24,073 nt of DNA from assembly GCA_963770835.1 (NCBI GenBank), contig CAVYRH010000009.1, positions 1 through 24,073 on the forward strand, read 5' to 3'. Each line of letters opens with the position of its first letter. Position 1 is the stretch's first letter. Under the pieces are notes generated by a model. The model was given only the letters and a program-made list of their open reading frames with translations. It was not told where the DNA came from and searched no databases. This DNA comes from an uncultured Pseudomonadota bacterium. Its GTDB lineage: Bacteria; Oederibacteriota; Muellerivitia; Muellerivitales; Muellerivitaceae. The position numbers and the translations under genes are program-made. Shown here piece by piece: positions 11,601 to 18,389 of the stretch.

Positions 11601-12971
11601 GATTAAGGAAACTGCCGTATTTGAGGTATTAATCAGCGAATTGGTTACGGGGACAGATAAAGCGCCAAGGTTCGAAGTGCTGGTCGTAGTTACTGGCCAG
11701 GACCCCTGATAGAAAGTCACTCCATTTTGGTCTGTCATCACAACTGATTGAACATAGGGAAGGGACTTATAAAACTTGCTGGCCAAAAGACCCCAAAGTT
11801 CGGTGTTGGGTGAATCGAGGCCCAAAGACCAAATACCCACTCCGGCCAAGGGATAATTATTCGCGTAATCATACTTCATGCCTAAGGATTGAGTGTTGTC
11901 CCACCATGTTTGGTAATCATTAGCTCCGGAATCTTGAAAGTTAAACCATGGCGTGTCGGAGTTGGAATCCCAGGCGGTTACTGGTGCGCTAGTAATGGTG
12001 ATAGGGCCATAAATCGTTGTAACGCCCCCTGAAACGGTTGTAACCGGACGGGTAATCCAAGGCCCAGTTGTATTTGTGGTCCAAGTCACAGCCCTGTTAT
12101 ATGCCCATGAAATTCCAGGTGGGGGTTCAATAGTTGAAGAAGCAATAGTAACGTCGTTTGTTTGCCAACTTATTCCATAATATGGACATATAAGAGACAT
12201 TTGAGCTGGGAAAACACCTTCAGATTGGTAAGCGCTTTCCGTTCCGTCATCCGAATATTGGGCACCTGTACCCCAAATACTAGAACCATATAAAGGCGCT
12301 GTCGGGCCCGCAACGGGCGAGGCACCAAAATGAACACTGTAACCCATAATATCCCAGCCATCGGTCCCATCCGCGATGGTTTCGTAATCCAAAGCCGCCG
12401 CATCACCAAGGTAGCCGTCGGCTGTCACTGTGTAGTTCGGATTTTGTAGTTTAGCCCTGCTGGAAAGATTAACCATGAAGTTGCTAAAGGCGGTTTTATC
12501 AGTGGAAGATATTCTTTCAAAATCAATGTTTACTCCGAGATAGTCCTTAGCATTCATAAAGGTAAGAACGCCGTTAATAAAATTGTTAACATTATCAGTT
12601 GAGTTCACCAAATCACTAATGGCGGTCGTGTTTTCGCTCATAACACAAACTACTGGTCTGATGTTATTCGTCATTGCAACTTGAATTAATCCAGGAGTTG
12701 GTAAGCGATTACTAGGATTTGTGATAGTTGTTCCGTCTGAACTGATTTCAAGATTAAAATCCAATACTTGGCTTAATGGGCTCCAATTATTTTCTATATT
12801 GGTAATTTTGCTACGTTCATAAAATGGAAGAAACCCTGAAACCTTTCGATTCACTCCAACAACTGGTGATGAACTTTGAGCGCGGCCCAAGGCCGGGATC
12901 AATATCCATGAGCATATAAAAACCAAATAAAAGGCCGCAAAACTTTGTTTAGATTGAGTTTGAAAACGCAT
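2664..12971 (-). CDS. Giant 3435-aa secreted multidomain protein: GH18 hydrolase, 2 Ig-like repeats, 2 Kelch and 4 NHL beta-propellers, Thr-rich stalk, CBM3-like domain, T9SS type A/FlgD-like C-terminal domain
   Basis: Signal peptide (..ALGRA/QSS); GH18 motif YLGVNIDFE; Kelch repeats R.GH....F...W..GG....NDVW.S.DG..W; NHL repeats P.GIA.D..GNVYV.D..N..VQVF; C-terminus APN..........SGLYVY.L........GKIVVLR. Confidence 0.93.
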   Translation of the reverse strand: MRFQTQSKQSFAAFYLVFICSWILIPALGRAQSSSPVVGVNRKVSGFLPFYERSKITNIENNWSPLSQVLDFNLEISSDGTTITNPSNRLPTPGLIQVAMTNNIRPVVCVMSENTTAISDLVNSTDNVNNFINGVLTFMNAKDYLGVNIDFERISSTDKTAFSNFMVNLSSRAKLQNPNYTVTADGYLGDAAALDYETIADGTDGWDIMGYSVHFGASPVAGPTAPLYGSSIWGTGAQYSDDGTESAYQSEGVFPAQMSLICPYYGISWQTNDVTIASSTIEPPPGISWAYNRAVTWTTNTTGPWITRPVTTVSGGVTTIYGPITITSAPVTAWDSNSDTPWFNFQDSGANDYQTWWDNTQSLGMKYDYANNYPLAGVGIWSLGLDSPNTELWGLLASKFYKSLPYVQSVVMTDQNGVTFYQGSWPVTTTSTSNLGALSVPVTNSLINTSNTAVSLIFGFNGQMAQTATSQTNPNLMPTIDFLFADGTTSPVTTQGVWSNYGANNEGIEYIVVSQPGILPVTESGPVTLQISGFQDIFGNPINPNPADLATQRNGSWNDNVTGQTIAGQGITTAPDQNYVFQLGPLVPYIQSVTISQQSTVYSANWEAPQAPSTLRTLNVTTNYGVSANQPMTITLGFNTPMDTTNNPDMYFAMSDGSIVNLGSGGSWLNQMSYQLPVDASLVTADPSTTITLAVGHAYDSDGYSNDGNPATVPFVYSSGVTGNYEGGLDSSYTFNGYTNPVELISITEDDVDFLPASAQGGGGLSTVEGLFGFRPSVDADVNKSTLYMAARNGLLDITESETPISFLYFGLGNGGSPLVAVAGCEQAVTICPSVTLKGPLSSFSSVDNTGKIVPVFPFLSARVIGRVNGSGGADGFINFTLLANLVAAPTPTPPQTNTPTNSPTSTPTATPTNTPTFTFTPTIAPMKKFNQNTDNATNEPRQQSSAVNFNGQLVVVGGQGSLLNDSWVSTDGTNWAPATQAAAFSGRYGHGLAAWNNQLWLTGGTDASGVEGDVWNSADGAAWNPVTQSANTFGGRTGHTSLSFNGELWVIGGKDSAGNATNDVWSSSDGAHWNHATAPWSPRYNHTSVVFNNQMWVIGGWDGTHLYNDVWSSSDGSNWTRAKTSAAFTPRYGHTSVVYRGLMFVIAGQDASGLQNDVWYSPDGVDWISAPLSATFSPRVFASAVVLNDQIFAMFGNDGLNKNDVWSTAVNALPTPVGTFTPTPTIVACPLLNTLAVSQPYGAALDNQGSAYVADDTNGQVDVFNSQGVSQSPIGSEVLAQPMGVALDGAGNVYVTDEFQNQVDVFNNQGGSVTHWGGTGNNAGQFEVPVGIAFDNAHNRVFVADQGNQRVQVFTALGASVTQWGTPGSAGNGTFSSPSGIALDSSENVFVADADTGLVQEFTCHGSWTGQWDVTQGTPLLTAEFIAIGPNGFVYVSDGFGTVGVFDEAGDVLGFSQGANNTSFNGTEGIAAGNGNWYLADNGNNQVDEFQTCPLVISPTPTPTVTPTYTPTITPTFTDTFTATPTPTSNYYGTWVEVTANGGFLPRKGHTSVVFKNRMWVIGGVDSKGQYLDDVWSSPDGAQWDQATAQAAFGGRAYHSSLVFNGKMWVIGGSNAASPYTNDVWYSEDGVVWTQATAAAGFNARNRQGSVVFNNLMWVIDGQTLENNTNNDVWSSPDGVTWTEATANAHLNPNSNPDYGQGLVALNGQMWEMESAPFDCNTFCEVLDNVWSSSNGVSWSPQAAAAYPDHVGAGSLVYNGQIWTIGGADGGGGTDDGLAQQDLWNSPDGVNWSLLSPTLSFGPRMYQGSVVFNNLMWMIGGADDDNNLFNDVWHSPGDIIIPPSPTATQTPVPTDSFTPTPTLAVVPCAQTNSWSVLSPEGIATYSNGNICVIDQGNDQVDVYKPDGSPVVSFAGGYFMYNPFGIAVDSNDFTYITDTYNNWVYVYNNNPFPGRVHSWQTSASNNYNSLSGIAVNSALSYVYVGDNFDHSVKVFTTAGASVTEWGSGILNSPTGLAVDGLGNVYVADSATAQIDVFTSQGSPVTQWDVTQGTSLLTADFVSVDNNGLVYVTDGNGSVGFFTSTGTVQDFGQGGTQPFLTTEGIAAGNGVWYLADGENQTVYEFAACSFGPPSPSPTFTATPTPTITFTPTFTPTPTATAVPVYCPESASWGGFAMGIALGSNGNVFAADPALAQVDEFTSSGGSVTQFGGAQLDSPVGIALDSSGNVYVTDEGLNQIAVFNSQGSPVTNWGMIGNSPGQFNGPVGIAVDSVGSQVFVVDQGNQRIQVFTLQGGPVTQWGTEGMGGNETFEVPFGVALDTSRHVYVTDEGTNLVQVFTNQGSPVTQWDATQGTALQTAAFIAVDPNGTVYVSDENGAVGLFSSNGNVLGTSQGGNPNFGESEGLAVGNGGWYVSDTGNDLIEEFSSCSPNPVPTPTPMGTSTATSTPVPTSTPSFTACLPLNSWNFGFQPWGIAADLVPGQGYFYVADDTDGQVRIFNPQGNSVTQLGTQGQFGAPRGVAVDSRGFVYVTDEVNNQVDIFDNNWNFSAQWTLTDPNGGSPNPVGIAVNSGTSQVYVAESGINRIQVFDYHGVLQNEWGVTGAGGNGKFYGLTDVAIDANGNVYATDDLTGLVQVFSPQGGFIKQWDVTNGTNLLTAEFVAVDPIGLVYVSDGFGEVGLFDTYGSLLGAVPIGESSTSGSEGVAVGNGVWYVTDPVNDLVNQYNFCTLPIPTVAVSPTQTSTFSPTSTPTYVSTYTPTQTPTFTVTSSTTNSPTNTPTNTPTETTTDTPTSTPTATPTSTATLTATDTPTNTATTTNTPTDTATNTATNTPTNTATATATNTATDTGTPTPTNTATSTATSTATDTATSTATNTATSTSTYTATDTPTLTTTSTPTPTTTNTATETATNTATPTTTNTATNTATLTATYTATNTPTNTPTNTTTNTATNTLTATPSSTPTGTSTNTPTLTPTLTATSTPTFTATNTATNTATNTASPTTTNTATSTATMTNTQTPTYTFTNTNTATLTATKTATLTPSNTPSPTPTKTPTNILTATPSSTPTGTATKTATITPTYTKTSTPTPVLSTATKTPTRTPTGTFTKTFTPTFTYTKTLTPTITPTPSPTTACGTNNTALALLEEYTSSCGSNSVYHLFAVVNNGAAVTLSDITIKFWPYDTSGVSLVGQITTGGCVWNPTCSHNLTGVSMSAINFSPACGPTTTQMANWEMTVSTTDTTVLSGGTSWVGLQTLVNRSDSQPFVPGTSYWYSPCVLTSTYSTNSHYAIYLKGNLVTASGGVPPSCRPLPTCTPKPGGAMPMLKGSSLEGGYTPTETPTPVPTRGALLQSVVAAPNLSTNGQPIRFLVNLNGPAQVRLSLFALTGEQVYSAQAGGSQGLNTLVWNLQNNARQSTASGLYVYVLRVNDDSSQEMRVGKIVVLR
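3100..3590 (-). other. CBM3-like carbohydrate-binding domain with extra cysteines (approximate bounds)
   Basis: F.VVNNGAAVTLSDITIKFW ... VNRSD ... YAIYLKGNLV resembles the CBM3 pattern N.G...V.LSD..I.YW ... Y..G.LV. Confidence 0.6.
3600..4790 (-). repeat. ~400-aa Thr/Pro/Asn/Ala low-complexity stalk (T-x dipeptide periodicity)
   Basis: TNTPTNTATATAT-type repeats with degenerate codons, producing Val-rich shadow ORFs on the + strand. Confidence 0.95.
11770..12850 (-). other. GH18 domain of the giant protein (approximate bounds)
   Basis: GVNIDFE catalytic motif (~12516-12540), IMGYSVH, PYYG..W and K.DY.....LAGVGIWSLG.D motifs. The NIDFE variant is seen in SleL/YdhD-type GH18 enzymes. Confidence 0.85.
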
Positions 12972-13010
12972 AAATTCCCCAGAAAAAAAGCCAACTGAAT
13001 TTTAAACGTC

Positions 13011-13598
13011 TTATTTTGAAACTATATCTTCCGGTCTAATCGTAATAACCGTCATCTTGCTTCGTTCCCCCAGATAAAGAGAGGCAATCCCAAGATTATG
13101 AGGTCTTTGGCTTTTAAGCGTGACGACATATCCAATAAGAATTTTTGGGTCTTTGATCGGTACTGCGCGAGAATGGTATTTTTTTCCATCCTGGGAATCA
13201 TAAATTACGTAACACTCCGCTCCCTTCACCTTGTCCCAAGAAAGATAGGCTTTGTCGTTTTCAATTGTAATTTTCAAATTTGAAGGTGGCAAAGGATGGC
13301 GAGAGCCAGGAGTAAAATCTTTTGAATGTGGCACGGGTGTTTCCTTCATCCCCGTCAGATTATTTTCTTTTATCCATTCCTTATTCTTTTCTTCTTCAGA
13401 AGCATTGAGCCAATCATCATCTGTCCAAGTTGGCTCAGGCGTATTTGCCGCACTTTGTGCGAAGGCCATCTTGTGTTGTAAAACCCCGGTCAAAACAAAA
13501 AAGGTTAGGCAAGTACTCAATATTTTTCGATAAAGTCTCTCCGATAAAATAAATCCGAACTTCTCGTTCTGCTTCAATTCATTTTTGTTTTGTTTCAT
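13011..13598 (-). CDS. Exported protein with C-terminal fibronectin type III-like domain
   Basis: RBS GAGGT before ATG 13598; signal peptide ending AFA/Q; FN3 pattern P.PPSNL.......AYLSWDKV.GAE.YVIY. Confidence 0.8.
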   Translation of the reverse strand: MKQNKNELKQNEKFGFILSERLYRKILSTCLTFFVLTGVLQHKMAFAQSAANTPEPTWTDDDWLNASEEEKNKEWIKENNLTGMKETPVPHSKDFTPGSRHPLPPSNLKITIENDKAYLSWDKVKGAECYVIYDSQDGKKYHSRAVPIKDPKILIGYVVTLKSQRPHNLGIASLYLGERSKMTVITIRPEDIVSK

Positions 13599-13872
13599 CT
13601 CGCACCTCGTGAAATAGGGTGACAATCTTTATGTTGATGAGTTCTCTTAGAGTGTTTGTTGTGTAATTCTGCCATGGTGCAACTCGGCGTGGAGAGGTGT
13701 GCAGGAAAACTTTAATCCCAAATTTCAAACCTGGCTATTAAAATGCTTACCTTGCCCGTTATTTGTCTGTAAAATCAAAAAAATAATATTCGGCTCAATT
13801 AACTGTTGATTTTCTGGCAGAAATACACATCTCCTCCACCCCCTACTCCTAGGCGCTTTCCCTCATTTTTTC
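13590..13872 (-). repeat. Conserved 283-bp leader/promoter repeat, copy 1
   Basis: Diverged direct repeat of 15374-15656 (offset 1784 at both ends). Exact block TAAAATGCTTACCTTGCC at 13739-13756 and 15524-15541; also shares CCATGGTG and ACCTCGTGAAAT. Confidence 0.9.
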
Positions 13873-14450
13873 CACTGATGGTCCATAATCCATAACTTGA
13901 AAGTTGAATCCAATGGGTTGAGGCGGGTTTGCATTGTTGAAAACCGTTACAGCAATGGCGACCATGGCTTGAAAAGCTGGCAAGTAATTATTTGGATCAG
14001 TTAATTCATTTCCGTTTGCGTCAGTAAAATATTGGACCCACCCAACACCGCCATTACCCGGATTACATGGACTGGTAACAGTGTTAAAATGTATAAAACC
14101 GTCCCCTGGTTGGCACTGGCCAACTGCAAATACATTAGCGGCAGCAACACCAAATGCTTTGCAGGCTTCAGGTGGAAAATTAGGGCCTTGTGTGCCGTAT
14201 TCATTCCTCGCGGCGCCCTTTAAAAAGTCAAGAAACGAAATTGTTATGGAAGCCGAAACCTCATTTAAAGTTATTTGGGTGCCGGGTTGCGTTGGGAAAT
14301 AACCGCCATCGAGAACTATCGACACCGGCACAAAATAATTTTGTAAATTGACAGTTTCATAATGGCAATAGGCGTTGCTAACAAAAATGAAGAAAAATAA
14401 AAAATAATATATTTTTTTCAAAAAACAAATAATCAATTTATTTTTCCCAT
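13849..14450 (-). pseudogene. Truncated exported SpoIID/LytB-like (peptidoglycan lytic transglycosylase-type) module
   Basis: FLDFLKGAARNEY....FPPEACKAFGVAAANVF resembles SpoIID LE.YL.GV...EM....P.EALKAQAVAARTY. It has a signal peptide, its last codons run into the repeat, and ATG 14450 is one base out of frame across an A-run (in-frame TTG at 14436). Confidence 0.6.
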
Positions 14451-14473
14451 GAACAACTTTTGAAAATTAATGA

Positions 14474-15382
14474 CTAATTAATTTTGTCCCATCGATAAAT
14501 TTTTACGATCCCATCCCCGGGTGTTTCTTCATACAAATTACCCGTCTCCAAATTAACCAAAGGCCAACCGGTAGTTGGGATAACACCTTCCGTTTTATAA
14601 TTCGGATCGAATTTAATTAATTCGCGTATCTGATAGGGGTTTTGAAAGGTATAACCAGGCTTAACGACTGGCCTCGTGGCGTAAAAGGCAAAAGAAGTAC
14701 CATCATTAGTTATCGCCCAAAACTGCCAATATAAAAATTCTCCAATTTTTTTAGGTAGATGTAAATTGTGGTTTGGGTTGTATATATGATTTTTAACTAG
14801 TTCGGCCATTCTCGCTTTGTCAAAGCTCTCATCAAAATCCTTGAAATATAATTTCTGTCTGGGAATGGTTTTGGTCGAAGGTAACGAATATAAAACTTTT
14901 CCATCGGTAACTTGATAAACATTGCCATTGGAGAATGAATAATTTTGCAATCCTGTCAAATTAAAGTTGGCTATTAAATTCCCATCTTTGTCTAAAATAA
15001 TGCCAGGAATATTTAATTGATTGGATCCTAAAATTAAAATATTCCCATCTTCATCTACATTAATTTTGAAGCGAACATCAGGAAATGTATTTTTCCAGCC
15101 AATTTCCCGCACAGAACTTCCGGTCTTGTTAAAAATCTCGATGATTGGATTTTTAGAATGAATCACGTAGAAATTTTCATTCGCATCAACAAAAACATCA
15201 TCGACTTGACTCTTGTCGACTTTCAAATCGAATAAAAATGTTTTCTGATAATTTTCTTTGGGCATATTGGTATCACTCCAAAGAAAATCCGATAAAACAA
15301 AAAGGAGGAACAAAGTGGTCAAACTGCGGTAAAAAATTTTACTTTTTAGATTTATCTCCAAAAATAAATTCTTTTGCTTCAT
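14474..15382 (-). CDS. Exported protein with NHL/beta-propeller-like repeats
   Basis: RBS GAGGT before ATG 15382; hydrophobic N-terminus; VFVDANENFYVI...IEIFNKTG and INVDEDGNILIL...ILDKDGNL blades. Confidence 0.8.
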   Translation of the reverse strand: MKQKNLFLEINLKSKIFYRSLTTLFLLFVLSDFLWSDTNMPKENYQKTFLFDLKVDKSQVDDVFVDANENFYVIHSKNPIIEIFNKTGSSVREIGWKNTFPDVRFKINVDEDGNILILGSNQLNIPGIILDKDGNLIANFNLTGLQNYSFSNGNVYQVTDGKVLYSLPSTKTIPRQKLYFKDFDESFDKARMAELVKNHIYNPNHNLHLPKKIGEFLYWQFWAITNDGTSFAFYATRPVVKPGYTFQNPYQIRELIKFDPNYKTEGVIPTTGWPLVNLETGNLYEETPGDGIVKIYRWDKIN

Positions 15383-15656
15383 TTTGAACCTCGTGAAATG
15401 GGTTGAATGTTGTTGGTGTTGGTAAACACTAACAGGGTGAGGAAAGTGAAATTTCGCCATGGTGTTACTCAGCGTTGATAGGTTTGCGAAAAAACTCTAA
15501 GCTTAAATTTCAAGTCCTTCAAGTAAAATGCTTACCTTGCCTGTTATTTGTCCATAAAATCGCAAAAATAATGTTCGGCTAAATAAACTGTTGGTTTTTT
15601 GGCCGTTTTTTGAATTACTCCACCCCCCACGCCTATGTGATTTTCTTCATTTTTTC
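15374..15656 (-). repeat. Conserved 283-bp leader/promoter repeat, copy 2
   Basis: See copy 1. Both copies end at RBS + ATG AA(A/G) CAA AA. Confidence 0.9.
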
Positions 15657-15873
15657 GCTGTAATAACCTATCCCAACTGTATGATTTCAAGCCATTTCAT
15701 CATTTGCCTTGGAATACTACATCATCTAATTCCTTTTCGAGAAGTGGCTTTTTTAGATGCCAGTGATTGGCATGACATGTCTTTTCTTTCAACTTTTCAT
15801 ACACTTGGTGGCATCTTTTCAGCGGAAGTGATATTTTGTATCCGTTCCCAAATTGACATTGAGGAGAAAACTT

Positions 15874-16227
15874 ATGAAACGCTTGGCTCTATTTTTTGCT
15901 CTTGGATGCCTTTGCTCGACTGGCTTTATCTTAGCCGCCCCTTCTACTTCCTCTGTACCTTCCACCACGCCACCTCTTGTCCACGCCATCAACCAACGCA
16001 TCAAGAACCAGATGAAATTAACGCAAGTAGACGTTAAGTCCGGGAAACTCACCAAGGAGCAAGCCCAAACCATTAGGGCCAGCTTGAGGGATATCCGTTT
16101 ACAAGAATTTACTTTTTTCAAACAAAACAAGAGCCATTCACTGACAACCGACCAGATCAGCCAACTCAACCAATCCCTGGATAAAAATTCAACTCTTGTC
16201 GGCGAAACTCCCGGCTCATCCAACTAA
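15874..16227 (+). CDS. Small secreted helical protein
   Basis: RBS GAGGAG at 15861-15866; signal peptide MKRLALFFALGCLCSTGFILA; INQRI.NQ....V.SGKLT.EQA pattern; followed by a terminator. Confidence 0.8.
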   Translation: MKRLALFFALGCLCSTGFILAAPSTSSVPSTTPPLVHAINQRIKNQMKLTQVDVKSGKLTKEQAQTIRASLRDIRLQEFTFFKQNKSHSLTTDQISQLNQSLDKNSTLVGETPGSSN

Positions 16228-16246
16228 TTACAAAACTTTTCTTGTA

Positions 16247-16283
16247 TAAAAGCGGTCGGGATTAAACCCTGACCGCTTTTTTA
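16247..16283 (+). terminator. Rho-independent terminator (possibly bidirectional)
   Basis: AAAAGCGGTCGGG-ATTAAA-CCCTGACCGCTTTTTT. Confidence 0.85.
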
Positions 16284-16366
16284 TTTTATAAACACTCCTA
16301 ACCAAGGAACATGCCTTCGTAAAAAAGCTGTTAGAATGGCGAACCGGTTGTATTTATCCACTTGGA

Positions 16367-18340
16367 TTGGAGCCGAGTTTGCGTTTTTCTTCTTTGTTCT
16401 TCATTTTTGTTTTTCTTTTTTTCCTCGTCCATGCCGCACCGACTGTTTACTTTGGCGATTGCGGGGATCTTTTATCCGCTTTATATACCGGAGGAATTCC
16501 GCACTCGACAGGCTTTCCCGGCTACCTCCTTTTGGGAACCCTAACTTTATCCATAGCCAAAAGCGCCTTTTGGGTAAATGTAATTTCCGTTTTCGCCGCC
16601 TCCACTTCTTGCCTGTTGCTTTTTCATCTCACCCGAACCCTTTTTTCCCATTTTGAACCACCGGAAACATCTTTTTGGTCCGCTTTAGGCGCTGTCCTTA
16701 TTTTCCTTAGTTCCTCAACCCTGATGTTGCACGGCACTGTAGCCCGCGTTTACACGCCGAACTTGGCCCTCACCCTGGGATTCATGTTGGCTGGAATTAA
16801 AGGACATATTGGACGGCGATGGGCTCTGGGCCTTGGTTTTCTGGTTGGCCTTGCCGCAACGTTTCATTTTCTTTTCATGGCGGGAGTTGTCTTTCTCATC
16901 GTTTGGTATTGGAGAAAACGCCGTGAAATCATTGCAAACGGTGTTTGGATGAGTGTCGGGTTCTTACTTGCCTGGAGTTTATATCTTTGGATTCTCTTGC
17001 GAGCTAACCTTCACCCAACGGTCAATTGGTTGCAATCCGACACGCTCGGGGCATTTGTCGATTATCTCCGCCAAAAAAGTTATCACTCGCTGTTTTTCGC
17101 CCGTTACGGGGCAGGCGCATGGGTCTTTTTCAAAACCCTGGCTCAAATATTCTGGAACCAATGGCCGTTTCCCTGGTGGATTTTGGCGCTCATTGGAGGC
17201 TGGTGGTTTCGTCAAAAACATCCACGGGCTTTTGCCGCCCTTGGGGCCATTGGGTTATTCCACCTCTTGCTTTCCTTCAATTACGGGAATGAGTTCAATA
17301 TGAACACAGCCTACCGTTATTTGCTCCCTTTCTATGCTGCCGCTGCCGTATTTGCCGCTGGAGGTTTGGAGTGGCTTTGGGGGCGTTTTGTACCCACATC
17401 TGTACAGCAAAAAGGGTTAACTAGGACCGGGCTTTGCTTATTATTGGCCTTGGGACTTTGGTTTCCTCATTCGCTTTGGAAAGGGCTTCCCCAATCCACA
17501 GCCAGTTGGGATTACGCGTTGAACCTCTTAAAGCCCATTCCCAAAGGCGCTACTTTTGAGCCTATTGGTGACAACCAGGTGTTCCCGCTGGCTTATGCCG
17601 TCGTGGGAAATGGCCTCCGCCCGGACTTGAATATCGTCGAATGGAGCGGCGACTTTTTTCCCCAGGTCCGCCAGAAACTCGCGGCGCAACCCGGATTTAC
17701 CCATAACCAATTGGAGGAAGAATGGTTCAAAGAGGGCGGAGGCCAGCTTTTCATACCTATTGATCGTTCCATGCCTTCACCCTATGTGGTGGAACCTTTC
17801 GGCCTTGTTTATCGGATTAGCAACGAAACAATCCGCAAATCCTTACCCGACTCTCCTGATCCATTGGCTTTTTGCCGGTTACGGAATTTCGGAGTGGAAA
17901 TGGAAGATCACGAAGCCGGTGAAACCCTGGCCGAGTATTCCCTACAGGAAGCGGCGTACAAATGGGCTATCGGGCAAAAAGAAGAAGCTCTTGTTTCGGC
18001 GGAAAAGGCTTCAGAACTCGGTGGGTTCTCGGTACACACTTTGCTCAGCCTTTCAACGATCTACGGAAAAATGGATGAAATGGATAAATGTGAGATGGTT
18101 TTAAAACGAACTATAGCCCAGGAACCCCATTCCGACTTGGCTTATGGGAACTTGGGTATCCTCTACGGAAAAAAAAGCCAATACGTCCAAGCCATGGAAT
18201 ACCTAACCCAAGCCCTTCGCTTAAATCCTTCCAACACCATGGCCCGTTACTACTACCAGCGCGTCAGGGAACTATTGGCCAAGAACGCCGGCACCCTGGG
18301 CGAAACGGTTCCCTCGGCGAATAAGGTCACAGCTGAATAA
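16367..18340 (+). CDS. DUF2723 / TMEM260-like GT-C membrane glycosyltransferase with C-terminal TPR repeats
   Basis: APTVYFGDCGDL......GIPHSTGFPGYLLLG matches the family motif PTV..GDSGE......G..HPPG.P.Y..LG. Many TM helices, a GDN..FPLAY motif, and TPR AYGNLGILYG....Y.QA..YL.QALRLNP. Start codon uncertain. Confidence 0.85.
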   Translation: MEPSLRFSSLFFIFVFLFFLVHAAPTVYFGDCGDLLSALYTGGIPHSTGFPGYLLLGTLTLSIAKSAFWVNVISVFAASTSCLLLFHLTRTLFSHFEPPETSFWSALGAVLIFLSSSTLMLHGTVARVYTPNLALTLGFMLAGIKGHIGRRWALGLGFLVGLAATFHFLFMAGVVFLIVWYWRKRREIIANGVWMSVGFLLAWSLYLWILLRANLHPTVNWLQSDTLGAFVDYLRQKSYHSLFFARYGAGAWVFFKTLAQIFWNQWPFPWWILALIGGWWFRQKHPRAFAALGAIGLFHLLLSFNYGNEFNMNTAYRYLLPFYAAAAVFAAGGLEWLWGRFVPTSVQQKGLTRTGLCLLLALGLWFPHSLWKGLPQSTASWDYALNLLKPIPKGATFEPIGDNQVFPLAYAVVGNGLRPDLNIVEWSGDFFPQVRQKLAAQPGFTHNQLEEEWFKEGGGQLFIPIDRSMPSPYVVEPFGLVYRISNETIRKSLPDSPDPLAFCRLRNFGVEMEDHEAGETLAEYSLQEAAYKWAIGQKEEALVSAEKASELGGFSVHTLLSLSTIYGKMDEMDKCEMVLKRTIAQEPHSDLAYGNLGILYGKKSQYVQAMEYLTQALRLNPSNTMARYYYQRVRELLAKNAGTLGETVPSANKVTAE

Positions 18341-18389
18341 TGAAAAAGACCGGTGCTTCCAAAAGGCATCAGCCTTTTTTGTTTTCAAC

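Noticed and set aside
13590..13872. Repeated leader as a known riboswitch (e.g. c-di-GMP-I) or IS end
   Set aside because: I could not find the diagnostic riboswitch motifs, terminal inverted repeats or a transposase. An Rfam search is needed to exclude it formally.
18343..18380. Possible bidirectional terminator between convergent genes
   Set aside because: The stem is weak with several wobble pairs or mismatches, so it is not listed as a feature.
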